A DNA stretch of 64,000 nt, from sequence record NC_052654.1. One strand, given 5' to 3'. This DNA is from Escherichia phage vB_EcoM-Ro121c4YLVW. The notes beneath the pieces are model-generated. The model did no database searches and was not told where the DNA came from. It saw only the letters and a list, made by a program, of their open reading frames with translations. Of the stretch, positions 23,911 through 33,700 are shown one piece after another. The first letter of the stretch is position 1; every line of letters starts with the position of its first letter. The position numbers and the translations under genes were made by a program.

Positions 23911-24496
23911 ATCAAAACAAATCAATATTGCCAAAGAAATTCTTACCGTATTAAAGATTGCTGATCCTAATTCTGTCTTGGCTGGCGGCGCTGTTCGTGA
24001 TTGGCGTATTCTTGATATTGCTGGACGTGATCTGGATTTTTACACGTCTCTTCCTGCACATCGATCAGAAGAGCAAATACAAGAATTGATTGCATCTGCT
24101 TTGATGGGAACTAATGTTCGTAAATTAGGAAACAAAGAGGCTTCTGACAATTATGAAGGTGTTACTGGTCTTAAACACGTTTTTGAGTTTGAACGTGATG
24201 GTCAGCTTTGCAACCTTATGATTATGGAACCAAGCGTAATGACAACCTTTCTAAATGAGTTTGATCTGTCCATCTGCCAGGCTGCATTTGATGGGAAGGA
24301 TTGTTATTACTCTAAAGATTTTGAAACAACTTTGGAAACAGGGATCTGCTTCTTGCACAAAGATGTTAGAGAAGATGCCAAACACGTTATTAAAATTGCT
24401 ACACGTTTCCCATATCTTCGTTTTGTGAAAGAGGTTAAGGTTCCACGTCCACCTCAAGTAGATACCAGATTGGAAGAAGATGATATTCCTTGGTAA
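23903..24496 (+). CDS. Minimal Pol-beta-superfamily nucleotidyltransferase (CCA-adding/poly(A) polymerase head-domain type) with an SSB-like acidic tip
   Basis: LAGGAVRDWRIL...GRDLDFYT matches GGxVRD...DxD of class II CCA/PAP enzymes, and EFDLSICQAAFD resembles the RRDFTINA region. The C-terminus is RLEEDDIPW. Confidence 0.65.
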   Translation: MTKSKQINIAKEILTVLKIADPNSVLAGGAVRDWRILDIAGRDLDFYTSLPAHRSEEQIQELIASALMGTNVRKLGNKEASDNYEGVTGLKHVFEFERDGQLCNLMIMEPSVMTTFLNEFDLSICQAAFDGKDCYYSKDFETTLETGICFLHKDVREDAKHVIKIATRFPYLRFVKEVKVPRPPQVDTRLEEDDIPW

Positions 24497-24503
24497 TTAA
24501 AGC

Positions 24504-24533
24504 TTGACAATATTAAACATTTTATGATAGGAT
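24504..24533 (+). promoter_or_regulatory. Promoter-like element
   Basis: TTGACA (24504-24509), about 18 nt spacer, TAGGAT (24528-24533). The -10 assignment is uncertain and lies very close to the ATG at 24542. Confidence 0.35.
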
Positions 24534-24541
24534 AGCATTCA

Positions 24542-24934
24542 ATGACTGAACGTTCTAAGATAGCTGTTGAAACTGTTTATGGAAACTACACCAGTTTGAC
24601 ACTAGTTGAGAAAAATGTTGTAGGTCTTGACAACTCTTTTTATTTTCAAATTTTGGTTATTCAAGGTGGAAACAAGAAGCTAACTGCTCGTGTCGAAACA
24701 TCTGAAATAATTGAAACCACTGTTACAAACAAAGAATTCATTTCACTGCAAGATACAATCCGAAACGTTATAGACGAAGAAGGCAAAGCTGCCACAATTA
24801 AACTCGGAGGTTTCCCAGTGCAAATAGTTCATTTTCCTAATGGTGAAATTGGAGTTGGAATAGGTAAAGGTAAATACCTGTTAGAGCAAGATGATATGGA
24901 AAGACTCCGCTCTTTCTGTGCAAAATTAATGTAA
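24542..24934 (+). CDS. Hypothetical protein
   Basis: 130-aa ORF between the promoter-like element and the SSB gene. Confidence 0.55.
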   Translation: MTERSKIAVETVYGNYTSLTLVEKNVVGLDNSFYFQILVIQGGNKKLTARVETSEIIETTVTNKEFISLQDTIRNVIDEEGKAATIKLGGFPVQIVHFPNGEIGVGIGKGKYLLEQDDMERLRSFCAKLM

Positions 24935-24950
24935 TGTAGAGGAGATAATA

Positions 24951-25838
24951 ATGTCCGTAATTAATACTGAAACTGATCGTAAAGGCAAAACCGTAACTTA
25001 TGCAACTGGTATCGTAGACTACGTTAAACTGGATAAATTCGCTGAACCTAAAACTTTTCATTGGGAAGGAAAAACGATTGTTTCAACTCACCGAGCCTCT
25101 CTTGTTCTGAAAGAGAAAGGTGCTAAACCAGATGAGAAAGGTGTTTGGATTTCTCTTGGTGACATTGAACTGAAAGAAGGTTATGAAAACCTGCAAGTCA
25201 AAGAAGGTGATAATTGGATCACTATTGAAAAAGGTGTAGAAGTAAGTATTGATATTGATCGCGTTGATAATAAAGGCGGTAAAACTTACTACAATACTAA
25301 AAAATCTCGTATTACAGTATTGTCTACCGATGGTGTTCAGAAGTCTAACAAATCTTCTGGTAATAAAGGTTCCAACGATGCTGCTCCTAAGCAGTCCTAT
25401 AAAAAACGTGATACTGTAGGTCTGGAAACTGGTCACGCAGTAAATGGTGCACTGGAACTGATTCGTAATGGTGTTAAAGGCGATGCTTTCGATATCGCTG
25501 GGGTTGTTCAATCTGCAACTGTCACGCTGAAATCTGAAATTGCTGAATCTCGTGGCGTTGATATTAATGATTATGATCTTGGGGCATCTGTTGGTCACGC
25601 TATTCTCAATGCTTGTAAAGACCATACCATTAAGACTGTCTCTGTAGAAGATCTGATTGATTCTGCTCGTAAAGTTCTGGCTCTGTCTGATAAAGTTGCT
25701 GCTGCCATTCGTGGTTCCGCAGAACAGCCTAAGAAAGAAGAGAAGAAAGAAGTTAAGAAACCTGAACCACAACCAGAACCAACTCCAAGTAATCAAGAAG
25801 AACCTCCAATGGACTTCGACGATGATATTCCATTCTGA
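24951..25838 (+). CDS. ssb: Single-stranded DNA-binding protein
   Basis: RBS gaggag. The N-terminal part is beta-rich, followed by a Gly/Ser/Lys/Pro-rich linker. The C-terminal tip PPMDFDDDIPF is identical to the E. coli SSB tip. Confidence 0.75.
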   Translation: MSVINTETDRKGKTVTYATGIVDYVKLDKFAEPKTFHWEGKTIVSTHRASLVLKEKGAKPDEKGVWISLGDIELKEGYENLQVKEGDNWITIEKGVEVSIDIDRVDNKGGKTYYNTKKSRITVLSTDGVQKSNKSSGNKGSNDAAPKQSYKKRDTVGLETGHAVNGALELIRNGVKGDAFDIAGVVQSATVTLKSEIAESRGVDINDYDLGASVGHAILNACKDHTIKTVSVEDLIDSARKVLALSDKVAAAIRGSAEQPKKEEKKEVKKPEPQPEPTPSNQEEPPMDFDDDIPF

Positions 25839-25870
25839 TCTTATTGATTTATAAAGAGTTTTTATAAAAG

Positions 25871-25900
25871 AAAAGGGAACCTTTGCGGGTTCCCTTTTTT
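25871..25900. terminator. Bidirectional rho-independent terminator between the convergent early and late blocks
   Basis: aaaaGGGAACC-tttgcg-GGTTCCCtttttt, with an A-run on one side and a T-run on the other. Confidence 0.85.
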
Positions 25901-25901
25901 A

Positions 25902-28577
25902 TTAGTCGTAATATTTCAAACCTGTAATGAACTTCGATCCCCAATCCGCACTTGCGGCGGTGAACGTCAACATCCAAGTTGTAGCTGTACCAGTGAAGAC
26001 CTCTCGTTGCACAGTACCATCAGTGTGGTAAATGTCCACGCCAGTATGTCCATTCTTAGGAATAGTGAAGGTAACAGCACTGGTAGTGTCTCGTGCATAA
26101 GAACAAACAAATGGTGTCCCCGCCCAAACTGGATTTGTCATATCACCCATCTCAAGCTGTGGAACCCAAGCAATAAGACCTGCCGTACCATCTCCTGCGA
26201 AAGTGTCTGATCCACTTGCATTCAAAGCTATAATCTCATAGGTTATAGATGCTTGTTTGGCAACTGTCACTTTGTGTAGAATTACACGATACCAACCATT
26301 CCCCATATCGATTATGTTTGCATCTGCACCTGTAAATGTTCCAGCTACAAGATCATAAGTCCCTTCGTTAATCTCATCTCCTGAAGTCAATTTGAGTTTC
26401 ACTTTAGTGATCCCATCTGGCTTCAAGAATACGGATGCCGCCCAGTGCTTACCTGCTGTAATATCAGAAGCTGTATTCACTGCTGATAAAATATGTTGTC
26501 CTGAAGTTGTAGAAGGTGTTAACTTGTAAGTGTTAGCCGTAGTTCCAACCGGAGAGTTGATTGTTGATGCTGTGACTGTCAAGTTCGTCTTCAACCACGG
26601 GGAAGCTGTTGTCAAGTTATTGTTGATAAAGATATGTGTACGGTTGGCTGCTACAACACGTCTACCTTGTGGAGTTGTACCAACATATTCTAAAGGTGCT
26701 ACGGGAGCAGAACTCTCTGTAGGTACAAGGATATCTCCAGAAGCCCTGGCATAACGGTTACTCCTATTGACCTTTACATCCGTTGGAATAGTTTCTTGCG
26801 TCAAATCATAGTCCATCACAATCACCACAGCATTCACTGCGAGATAAGAACTATCTTCGGCAGTTACCACACCTTGATAAGTTGCTCTACAACCGATACG
26901 ACAATCACCATCAGCAACCGCTGTAATAACGCCTGTAACGGGGTCAACTGTTGCTACCGTAGGGTCATTAGAGAAATACTCAACAACCATACCAGGTAAG
27001 CTTGCTGCCCCTGTTGGCGTTATTTCTGCTACCATTGTTTGTGTTGTTCCTACTTCCATCGCAGATAAGCTAGGAGTGTAAACGCTCAATGTTGAAGCAT
27101 ATCCTCCAGAGGTATCTGATAAAGTTGTTCCTTCAGCGTTTAAGGCTGTCATACCTGCATCAAAACCACCTTCTGCATGGAAAGTCATTAAACCAGTAGA
27201 TGATATTGTCATGTTTGCAGGGGCAGAAGAAGTGTATTTAATATTGAAAAGTTTACCTCCTTCTGGGCTAACAGAATGTGTCAACTGTTTAGTTCCGCCT
27301 ACAATACAAATTCCTAAAGAATCTGTAGTTAAGCCAGTTGCCAGAATATCACCCGTAATCACGGAGCTTGCTATTGGTGTGAATTTATTATAGTTTAGAC
27401 CACTATTGAACAGATACGAGGCTTTCCCATCTTTCCAAATACCGGAATAATACATATCTCCATTATAAACGAAAAAGGTTCCTTGATAACCTAATTGGTT
27501 AGTAACATCCATATTCAGCGTATGAACGCTTGTGAGCTTGTTTATATCCCAAGAACCCACTCCTTCAGGTTTAACTGGTTTTCCCACCTGGAGTGGATCT
27601 CCGCTCGCAGAATCATACCCCAAACCTAAGTTTGCAGTGTAGTTCTTACCAATAGCCCACAAGGAATTATTGATCCCAACGAAAAAAGAGTGGCGGCTTG
27701 GTGGAAATTTCCATGTTGAAAAACCTGCTGCAAAGGTGTCCAGTTTAGTGTAGGTTGTTTCTGTATTAGACCTAACATACAAGTAGTTTACCGTACCCGT
27801 ACCACCGGAGGTATCTCCTACAACTATTGTCTGGGAAACTGTATTGATGTAATCTTTGACATACACTGTTTCAGTAGCGGATATCTTGGCATTGACAAAA
27901 GCTGTTGTTGTGTTATTATTACCTGCTAAACCTTTACTGGCTCCACAAACACGCAAGGTTCCCACATTGTTGACATAAGAACATTGGTTGTAACCTGCAT
28001 CAAAAGCAACTGCTGCGCTTGTTATCTGACGAGGAGTAGAAACTTCGTTAGTAGTGCTTGCACCTAAACTGCCTACTGTATTTTGACCCGATCCATAAAG
28101 AACACCACTATTCATTAACCAGAGAGTATTGTTATACCCTCCTTTAACCTCTTTAAGATTGGCTAAAGAAATAGTCCCTGTTATTACAGATGGAAAGCTG
28201 GTCCAAGTAGTTACACATGCATCCGTACCACCTGCTGCTATAGATCCTACCAACCCTGCTGTCAATCCTGAATATTGCCATCCCCCACTGTTAGTTTTAA
28301 TAACAAAACAACGATCTGCGGTAAACACATCTGCTACTACAGTAGAAGCTAAGTGGAAATTATTGAATCGTGCACTACGAGTTCCATCTGCAATCTCACC
28401 AAAAAGGTTTGCGCCTTGAGTAAACAATCTACCATCATTAAGCAAAATTGCTAAACTGCTATTAGAATTACCAGCATTATCTGGGTAATCTAAAGTGATT
28501 ACTTTTTTAACAATACCTGCTGGCAGAGGAACGACACCAGTGCTGGTCATAATAGTAAATATTGGAATTGGAAACAT
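25902..28577 (-). CDS. Tail fibre/receptor-binding protein with Gly-rich propeller-like repeats and a Big_2 Ig-like domain
   Basis: Repeats of the type GANLFGEIADGT, GSGQNTVGSLGAST and GKNYTANLGLGYD. Big_2-like segment TQTMVAEITPTGAA...FSNDPTVATVDPVTGVITAVADGDCRI. It lies at the distal end of the fibre cluster. Confidence 0.7.
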   Translation of the reverse strand: MFPIPIFTIMTSTGVVPLPAGIVKKVITLDYPDNAGNSNSSLAILLNDGRLFTQGANLFGEIADGTRSARFNNFHLASTVVADVFTADRCFVIKTNSGGWQYSGLTAGLVGSIAAGGTDACVTTWTSFPSVITGTISLANLKEVKGGYNNTLWLMNSGVLYGSGQNTVGSLGASTTNEVSTPRQITSAAVAFDAGYNQCSYVNNVGTLRVCGASKGLAGNNNTTTAFVNAKISATETVYVKDYINTVSQTIVVGDTSGGTGTVNYLYVRSNTETTYTKLDTFAAGFSTWKFPPSRHSFFVGINNSLWAIGKNYTANLGLGYDSASGDPLQVGKPVKPEGVGSWDINKLTSVHTLNMDVTNQLGYQGTFFVYNGDMYYSGIWKDGKASYLFNSGLNYNKFTPIASSVITGDILATGLTTDSLGICIVGGTKQLTHSVSPEGGKLFNIKYTSSAPANMTISSTGLMTFHAEGGFDAGMTALNAEGTTLSDTSGGYASTLSVYTPSLSAMEVGTTQTMVAEITPTGAASLPGMVVEYFSNDPTVATVDPVTGVITAVADGDCRIGCRATYQGVVTAEDSSYLAVNAVVIVMDYDLTQETIPTDVKVNRSNRYARASGDILVPTESSAPVAPLEYVGTTPQGRRVVAANRTHIFINNNLTTASPWLKTNLTVTASTINSPVGTTANTYKLTPSTTSGQHILSAVNTASDITAGKHWAASVFLKPDGITKVKLKLTSGDEINEGTYDLVAGTFTGADANIIDMGNGWYRVILHKVTVAKQASITYEIIALNASGSDTFAGDGTAGLIAWVPQLEMGDMTNPVWAGTPFVCSYARDTTSAVTFTIPKNGHTGVDIYHTDGTVQREVFTGTATTWMLTFTAASADWGSKFITGLKYYD

Positions 28578-28590
28578 TTAAACCCTCCAT

Positions 28591-28614
28591 AAAAAGAAAG
28601 CCCCTTTCGGGGCT
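28591..28614 (-). terminator. Stem-loop with a T-rich tail after the collagen-like fibre gene
   Basis: Minus strand reads AGCCCC-gaaa-GGGGCT followed by ttcttttta. Confidence 0.6.
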
Positions 28615-28618
28615 TCTG

Positions 28619-30643
28619 TTATCGTGTTACAACAACCATGTCCACGATATCACCCACACCAGGATACGTTAATTGCAAAATTGTTACTGCGTTAGCAGTA
28701 GTTGCTATTTCTGTATCATTTAGTGCTCCATAAGACGCATCTAGTGTAACCGTGTGTCCCGTTGTATCTTGAATCAAATAAATCATTGCTGAAAACGCTT
28801 TAGGTTTTGTAGAGCCAGTGACACCAGGCCATGCTCCAACTGTCAGAGCGTCAGTTACTGTAACAACATACATATTGGAAGTTCCAGAAGGAGTCCAAGA
28901 TGCTCCAGAGTTGGCAGTAGTTGTTTCAAGTTCCATGAAACCTGCTGTAACTTTAGTTGGTGTTATAGCTTCCGTAGGATCTGATCCTGATATTTCGATC
29001 CAGTTTCCATCAGACCGACCATACGTCAAGCCGTCTTGAGGGGCTTCTGGTATACTAGGAAGAGTGCCTATAAGCGTCCACGTAGAAGAATCTGTTTTCT
29101 TAAACACTGCTCCAGTGGTAGTATTGAAGGCGTAATCATTGATAACACCGTCTCCTGTGACTGGATTAGTTGTTGCTACAAACCACTGTGCGCCATCCTT
29201 ACCGTTGGTCCCATCAGTACCGTTGGTTCCGTTTGTTCCAGGATCACCCTTATCTCCTTTATCCCCTTTTTCACCTTTGTCGCCTTTAATACTTCCCATG
29301 TCAACAAAAGATGCGGAATTGGTGTCTTGATCGTAGGTATAGATGTAAAGATTACTAGTGTCTTCAGTTAAGTAAGCATCACCATAGTTATTGTAAACAG
29401 GGAGAGCTTCACTGTTCGGAACATGACCTTTAGCTGTAATTGATGTTCCTCCAAGACTGCCAACATTCATCCATTCCGTAGCATCTTGGACCCAAACATA
29501 TAAATCATTATTAATTTTATATGCGTCACCTACTTCTCCAGTAGGAGGAAGTTCAGCTTCACTGTTCAGAACCCCGATAATCTCTAAGCCTGATCCTGTT
29601 GCACCCACTGGTCCTTGTGGACCTAGTTCACCTTGTGGACCTCGCTCTCCTTGATCACCCTTGTCTCCTTTTGGACCTTTAAGTGAGGCAATAAAATCTA
29701 CTTCTGTCCCTTCATTACCAGCATCCAGCCAACTTTGATATGCAGATTTCCCTTCATCTCCATCTGTTCCATCAAGACCGTCTTTACCTGCCTCACCTTG
29801 TGGACCTTGAGGACCAACAATATTACCCATGTTGACCCAAGCTGTCCCATTAGAGACATAAAGATTACCATTGATAGAATAAGCTTGGCTTACGTTTTCA
29901 GAGTTAGGTTGTGGTAAGTTACTTGTAGAAGGTAAATCCCCACGATAATCAAAACCGTTGGCGTTAACACCAGGTGCTCCCTGTGGCCCTGTAGGACCAA
30001 CATCACCTTTATCACCTTTTATAGAGGTAAGAAAGTCATAAACAGATCCTGTATTACCATCTGCCAACCATACCTCATAAGCTGATTTCCCTTCTGGTCC
30101 AAGAGAAGAAATAAGTTTCCAAACAGAACCATCCCAAGCGTAAATCACATCACCTACGATATAACCATCTCCTGCGATGTTACCTGTAGATGGTAGTTCA
30201 CTAGTGCTTGCTAATGATCCCTTAATATTAAGTTGAGCACCAGTATCTCCTTTCAAAGAAGCAAGCCACTGGGCTTCTGTTCCAACAAAACCATTATCAA
30301 GTGCGATCTGATAAGCCGATTTACCAGCTTCAGGTATTGCTTCTGACAAATCATTAATCTGTTGTTGCACTGCCGTAAACTTGGCATTGATAATTGCTAT
30401 ATCATCAGCGGTCCCAACATTTTGCCATGCAAGGGAAGAAATACCACCTGTGGTGGCTGGCGTAGAGTTTGCTGGAACTACTTTAGGAAAAGTTCCTTTC
30501 CATTGGTAATAATTCCCTTCTGCTGCTAACAGCAAAACTTCACGGGAATTACGTAATGTAAAACCTGCCTCAAAGCTGCGACGTTTTCGATAAGTAGCTT
30601 CTACCAGATCGGCTATCGCACTATTAGGTCTTGTTAAATTCAT
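28619..30643 (-). CDS. Tail fibre with collagen-like G-X-Y tracts
   Basis: G-X-Y tracts: GDKGDVGPTGPQGAPG, GPQGPQGEAGKDGLDGTDGDEG, GPKGDKGDQGERGPQGELGPQGPVGATG, GDKGEKGDKGDKGDPGTNGTNGTDGTNGKDG. There are three GKSAY(Q/E)..L..G...(F/W)..S(L/I)KG modules. Confidence 0.8.
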   Translation of the reverse strand: MNLTRPNSAIADLVEATYRKRRSFEAGFTLRNSREVLLLAAEGNYYQWKGTFPKVVPANSTPATTGGISSLAWQNVGTADDIAIINAKFTAVQQQINDLSEAIPEAGKSAYQIALDNGFVGTEAQWLASLKGDTGAQLNIKGSLASTSELPSTGNIAGDGYIVGDVIYAWDGSVWKLISSLGPEGKSAYEVWLADGNTGSVYDFLTSIKGDKGDVGPTGPQGAPGVNANGFDYRGDLPSTSNLPQPNSENVSQAYSINGNLYVSNGTAWVNMGNIVGPQGPQGEAGKDGLDGTDGDEGKSAYQSWLDAGNEGTEVDFIASLKGPKGDKGDQGERGPQGELGPQGPVGATGSGLEIIGVLNSEAELPPTGEVGDAYKINNDLYVWVQDATEWMNVGSLGGTSITAKGHVPNSEALPVYNNYGDAYLTEDTSNLYIYTYDQDTNSASFVDMGSIKGDKGEKGDKGDKGDPGTNGTNGTDGTNGKDGAQWFVATTNPVTGDGVINDYAFNTTTGAVFKKTDSSTWTLIGTLPSIPEAPQDGLTYGRSDGNWIEISGSDPTEAITPTKVTAGFMELETTTANSGASWTPSGTSNMYVVTVTDALTVGAWPGVTGSTKPKAFSAMIYLIQDTTGHTVTLDASYGALNDTEIATTANAVTILQLTYPGVGDIVDMVVVTR

Positions 30644-30680
30644 TTATCTCTCCTATCATTAGACCATTCTATTGGAAGAA

Positions 30681-30697
30681 GAGGGGGAATCCCCCTC
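30681..30697 (-). terminator. Stem-loop downstream of the tailspike gene
   Basis: GAGGGGG-aat-CCCCCTC. The T-tract on the minus strand is weak. Confidence 0.45.
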
Positions 30698-30704
30698 TAT
30701 TCCA

Positions 30705-33700
30705 TTAGGTTGTTGGCACATCTACTACTGGCGTTGGGCGAATAACCGCAGTATTACCTACAGAAACATTACTGGAATCATTAGGTATGGTTTTAATTCT
30801 AACTCCAGCACTTGTAGGCGTTACAATTGGATCTGCAATGTCTATTTTAACTGGGTTAGTCCACGTATCATTATCTTGATAAGGTGCACGAGTAATAACT
30901 GTGTCCAAATCTGCTCCACCTACGCCAGCACCAGGAATACGGATACGTGTCCCTGCTGACAGAGGGTAATGATACAACCAAGAAGCATTTGTTGCTGTCC
31001 CGTTAGGAGTCAAGTTCTGTGTCAGGAAGGTATCTCCTGCCTGTGTAGCTCGAATACCGAAAGCTGGGATATCTGGAATATATGCCCCACTTGTTGTTAC
31101 AAGGAAGAACGTATTATCCGCCTTGACTATCATATCACCTTTGTCAAACTCTTTCCCTGTTGGGAAATGCATTCCATCAATGTTTCGACTAGGATTAGGT
31201 TCTAAGTAATAAACTTTGCCCGTTGTCCCTACAATAGCTCCAATACCACCTGCGATATTGGTATACATATTAGCTTCAACATTACAGTTGACACGATGAA
31301 TATCCGAGTAACGGCAACGGCTCCACTGTGGACGACCAGTAACCATCGTCTTGCCATCTGGGTAACAGTTCACGTTAACCATTTCAAGAACAGATTTTTC
31401 TCTACGGAAGAATCCATCATAAAATGTCCCTGGACCAGATTCAGGTTGACCAACACAATCGAAGATATTACAGGTGATGTTAGACATTGAAAGCCAAGAA
31501 GCTATACCGAACAACTGCAATGCAGCGCAACGAATATTTTCAAAGCTAACTCTGTTTTCATAACCTGGCCCAGCGGAAACTCCTGCAAAAACACGCCCAG
31601 TTTTGGTGTGAATATTACGAACAGAATAGTTAAAGCATGGGTTTGAAGGTCTACCCTGTGCCGGAACTACCGGATTACCCTCTTCGTCCAGAACTGCGTT
31701 AGTTCCCCACTCCAAATAAATCATACGGATATTACTTGCAAGTGTGCTACCGTCTGTTTTAGGCTCTCCGTAAACACCGTCAATCGTAAAATCTTTACTT
31801 CCATACATTACAACTGCGCCAGTTGCCAAACCTGTCCCAACAGATACAGTCTGGTCTGGATCGCCATGAATGTTTTCGATAGAGATATTACGACCAACTT
31901 CTACGTGGACAATCTGACGACAACGTTTTGCAAAAACGTTACGAATTGTAATATTCTTGCAATATTGATCATCAGGGATTCCGTAACCATATGGTCCTTT
32001 ACCAGCTACACCGATACCGATACCCCAGTTGGACAGAGGAATAGGAGCGTTAGTCCCATCGATATTAGACAGGTAAATATTCTCAATCACACAACCATCG
32101 TCATAATGTTTATTGATGACGTTCAGTTCTATTGCATCACCTTGCATATCCATGAAGGTAAGGTTACGGAAGACACCACGTGTTACTGGTTCCCCTGTTC
32201 CTTGTTGAAGGATGCCATACAACCCGTTTTTAAAAGTACAATTATCAATTTCAAAAGTACCTGATATTGGGTTGCCTTGGAATACCAAGCTACCAACTTG
32301 ACCTGCGCGAGGAGCACCGTCCCACAAACAATCGAACATGCGCACAGCACCACCCCAATACATAACACGAGAGTTACGGAAAGTTGTGCCTTCTACTGTA
32401 GCATTTTGCACACGATAGTCGCGTTGACCACGGAACACACCCCCACGCAAAGTGATACCTTGAATATCAAAAGAGCTTGTCGTGAAAGTCATATCGCAAC
32501 CGTAAGCATCGAGAATCTTGCTTTTCGAAGCTTTTGCTGCTAACAGTGCCGCTTGGAAAGCTGCTTCTGGTGTGGTATATGTTGTTGTGTTGTTAGCAAA
32601 TTCTGACAAGTAGACAACATCGAATAAATCGTTGTATGTTCCACCACGAGGGGTTAACAGTCCTTCTGTATTGGTCAGAACCCATGCATTTGGACCTAAT
32701 CCACCGCTTGTCTCCAATGTATCGGAGGCCAAAATACTTTTTGGTAAACTTCCAGCCCAACGATAACGACCAGCACCACGTCCAATCGTCTGATTTTTAG
32801 CTGTCAGAGTTACGTTATTACCAAAGCTTGTAGGCAAATGAACAAACTGTCCACGTTCAACAGCTAGTGCAGAAAGATCTACAGACCCCCCAGAATAAGT
32901 CATTACTCCAGAAACAGACAAGGATGTTAAAGTTCCTGTGATGTTAGGAGGTAATGTGTAGGAAGACTGTGCTACTGGATCATACAGAGCTTTAATCCCT
33001 GTTAATGATTGACCTGCTGTTGCGTAAGCCACCTCATCATCTAACAAACCATATTTACGAGCAATAGTTTGCAGAGGGACTTTATCCATGCTTTCTGTTA
33101 GTTCTTCCGTTTTTGTTTCTAAACTAACAAGACGGTTCTCTAGATTAGGATCTGTATCTGCTGAAGCTACGATTTTACCAATATAAGCAAAAAGCTTGTT
33201 TGGTAGTCCTGTTGCAGGATCGTGTCCCAAAGGTTCAGATAAGATGATCTTACTATCTTCTATACGGAAAGCTTCCCCCAGAACCTGAATAACACCATTG
33301 ATCGTAACAATAGCACTATCAAAGATGTAAGGAGGACTAATTACTGTTTCATAACCCGTTGCACCAGAGTATACCCACGGGGTGACTTCTGTTGCTAATT
33401 GTTCTGTTTTCAGTCCCCACAATACCCAGTTGTTATCTCCTACTGGAGTCCCTTGCATAGGGATTGGGTTAACCAATGTAGCGTTAGGGGCATAGTAATA
33501 ACCGCTCAATACTCCATTCTGGAAATAACGAAGTTGGTTAAAAACTGTTTCGTTTGTGCCTTGCGCCCAATCCAATGGGCTTTTAAAGAAAAAGTTGTCA
33601 ACAAGGGCTTTTCTCAGGGTTGGTATCAACCCTGATTCTGTTTCAATACTCTCTGTAGCACTTCCATTAATAACATCATGGAGTTGGTTAGATGAGAAAA

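Noticed and set aside
24504-24544. Possible leaderless mRNA for the 24542 gene, because the TTGACA-18-TAGGAT element ends only 8 nt before the ATG.
   Set aside because: The -10 assignment is ambiguous, and AGGA at 24529-24532 can equally serve as a Shine-Dalgarno sequence for a transcript coming from upstream. It cannot be decided without transcription start data.
25083-25796. 237-aa minus-strand ORF antisense to the SSB gene.
   Set aside because: It is a shadow ORF. The composition is low-complexity and F/N/I/R-rich, it lies entirely inside a well-supported plus-strand gene, and it has no RBS.
29139-29700. Short-period DNA repeats that might suggest a CRISPR array or a satellite.
   Set aside because: The periodicity is 3/9 nt and corresponds to G-X-Y collagen-like coding repeats on the minus strand. 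There is no repeat-spacer architecture.
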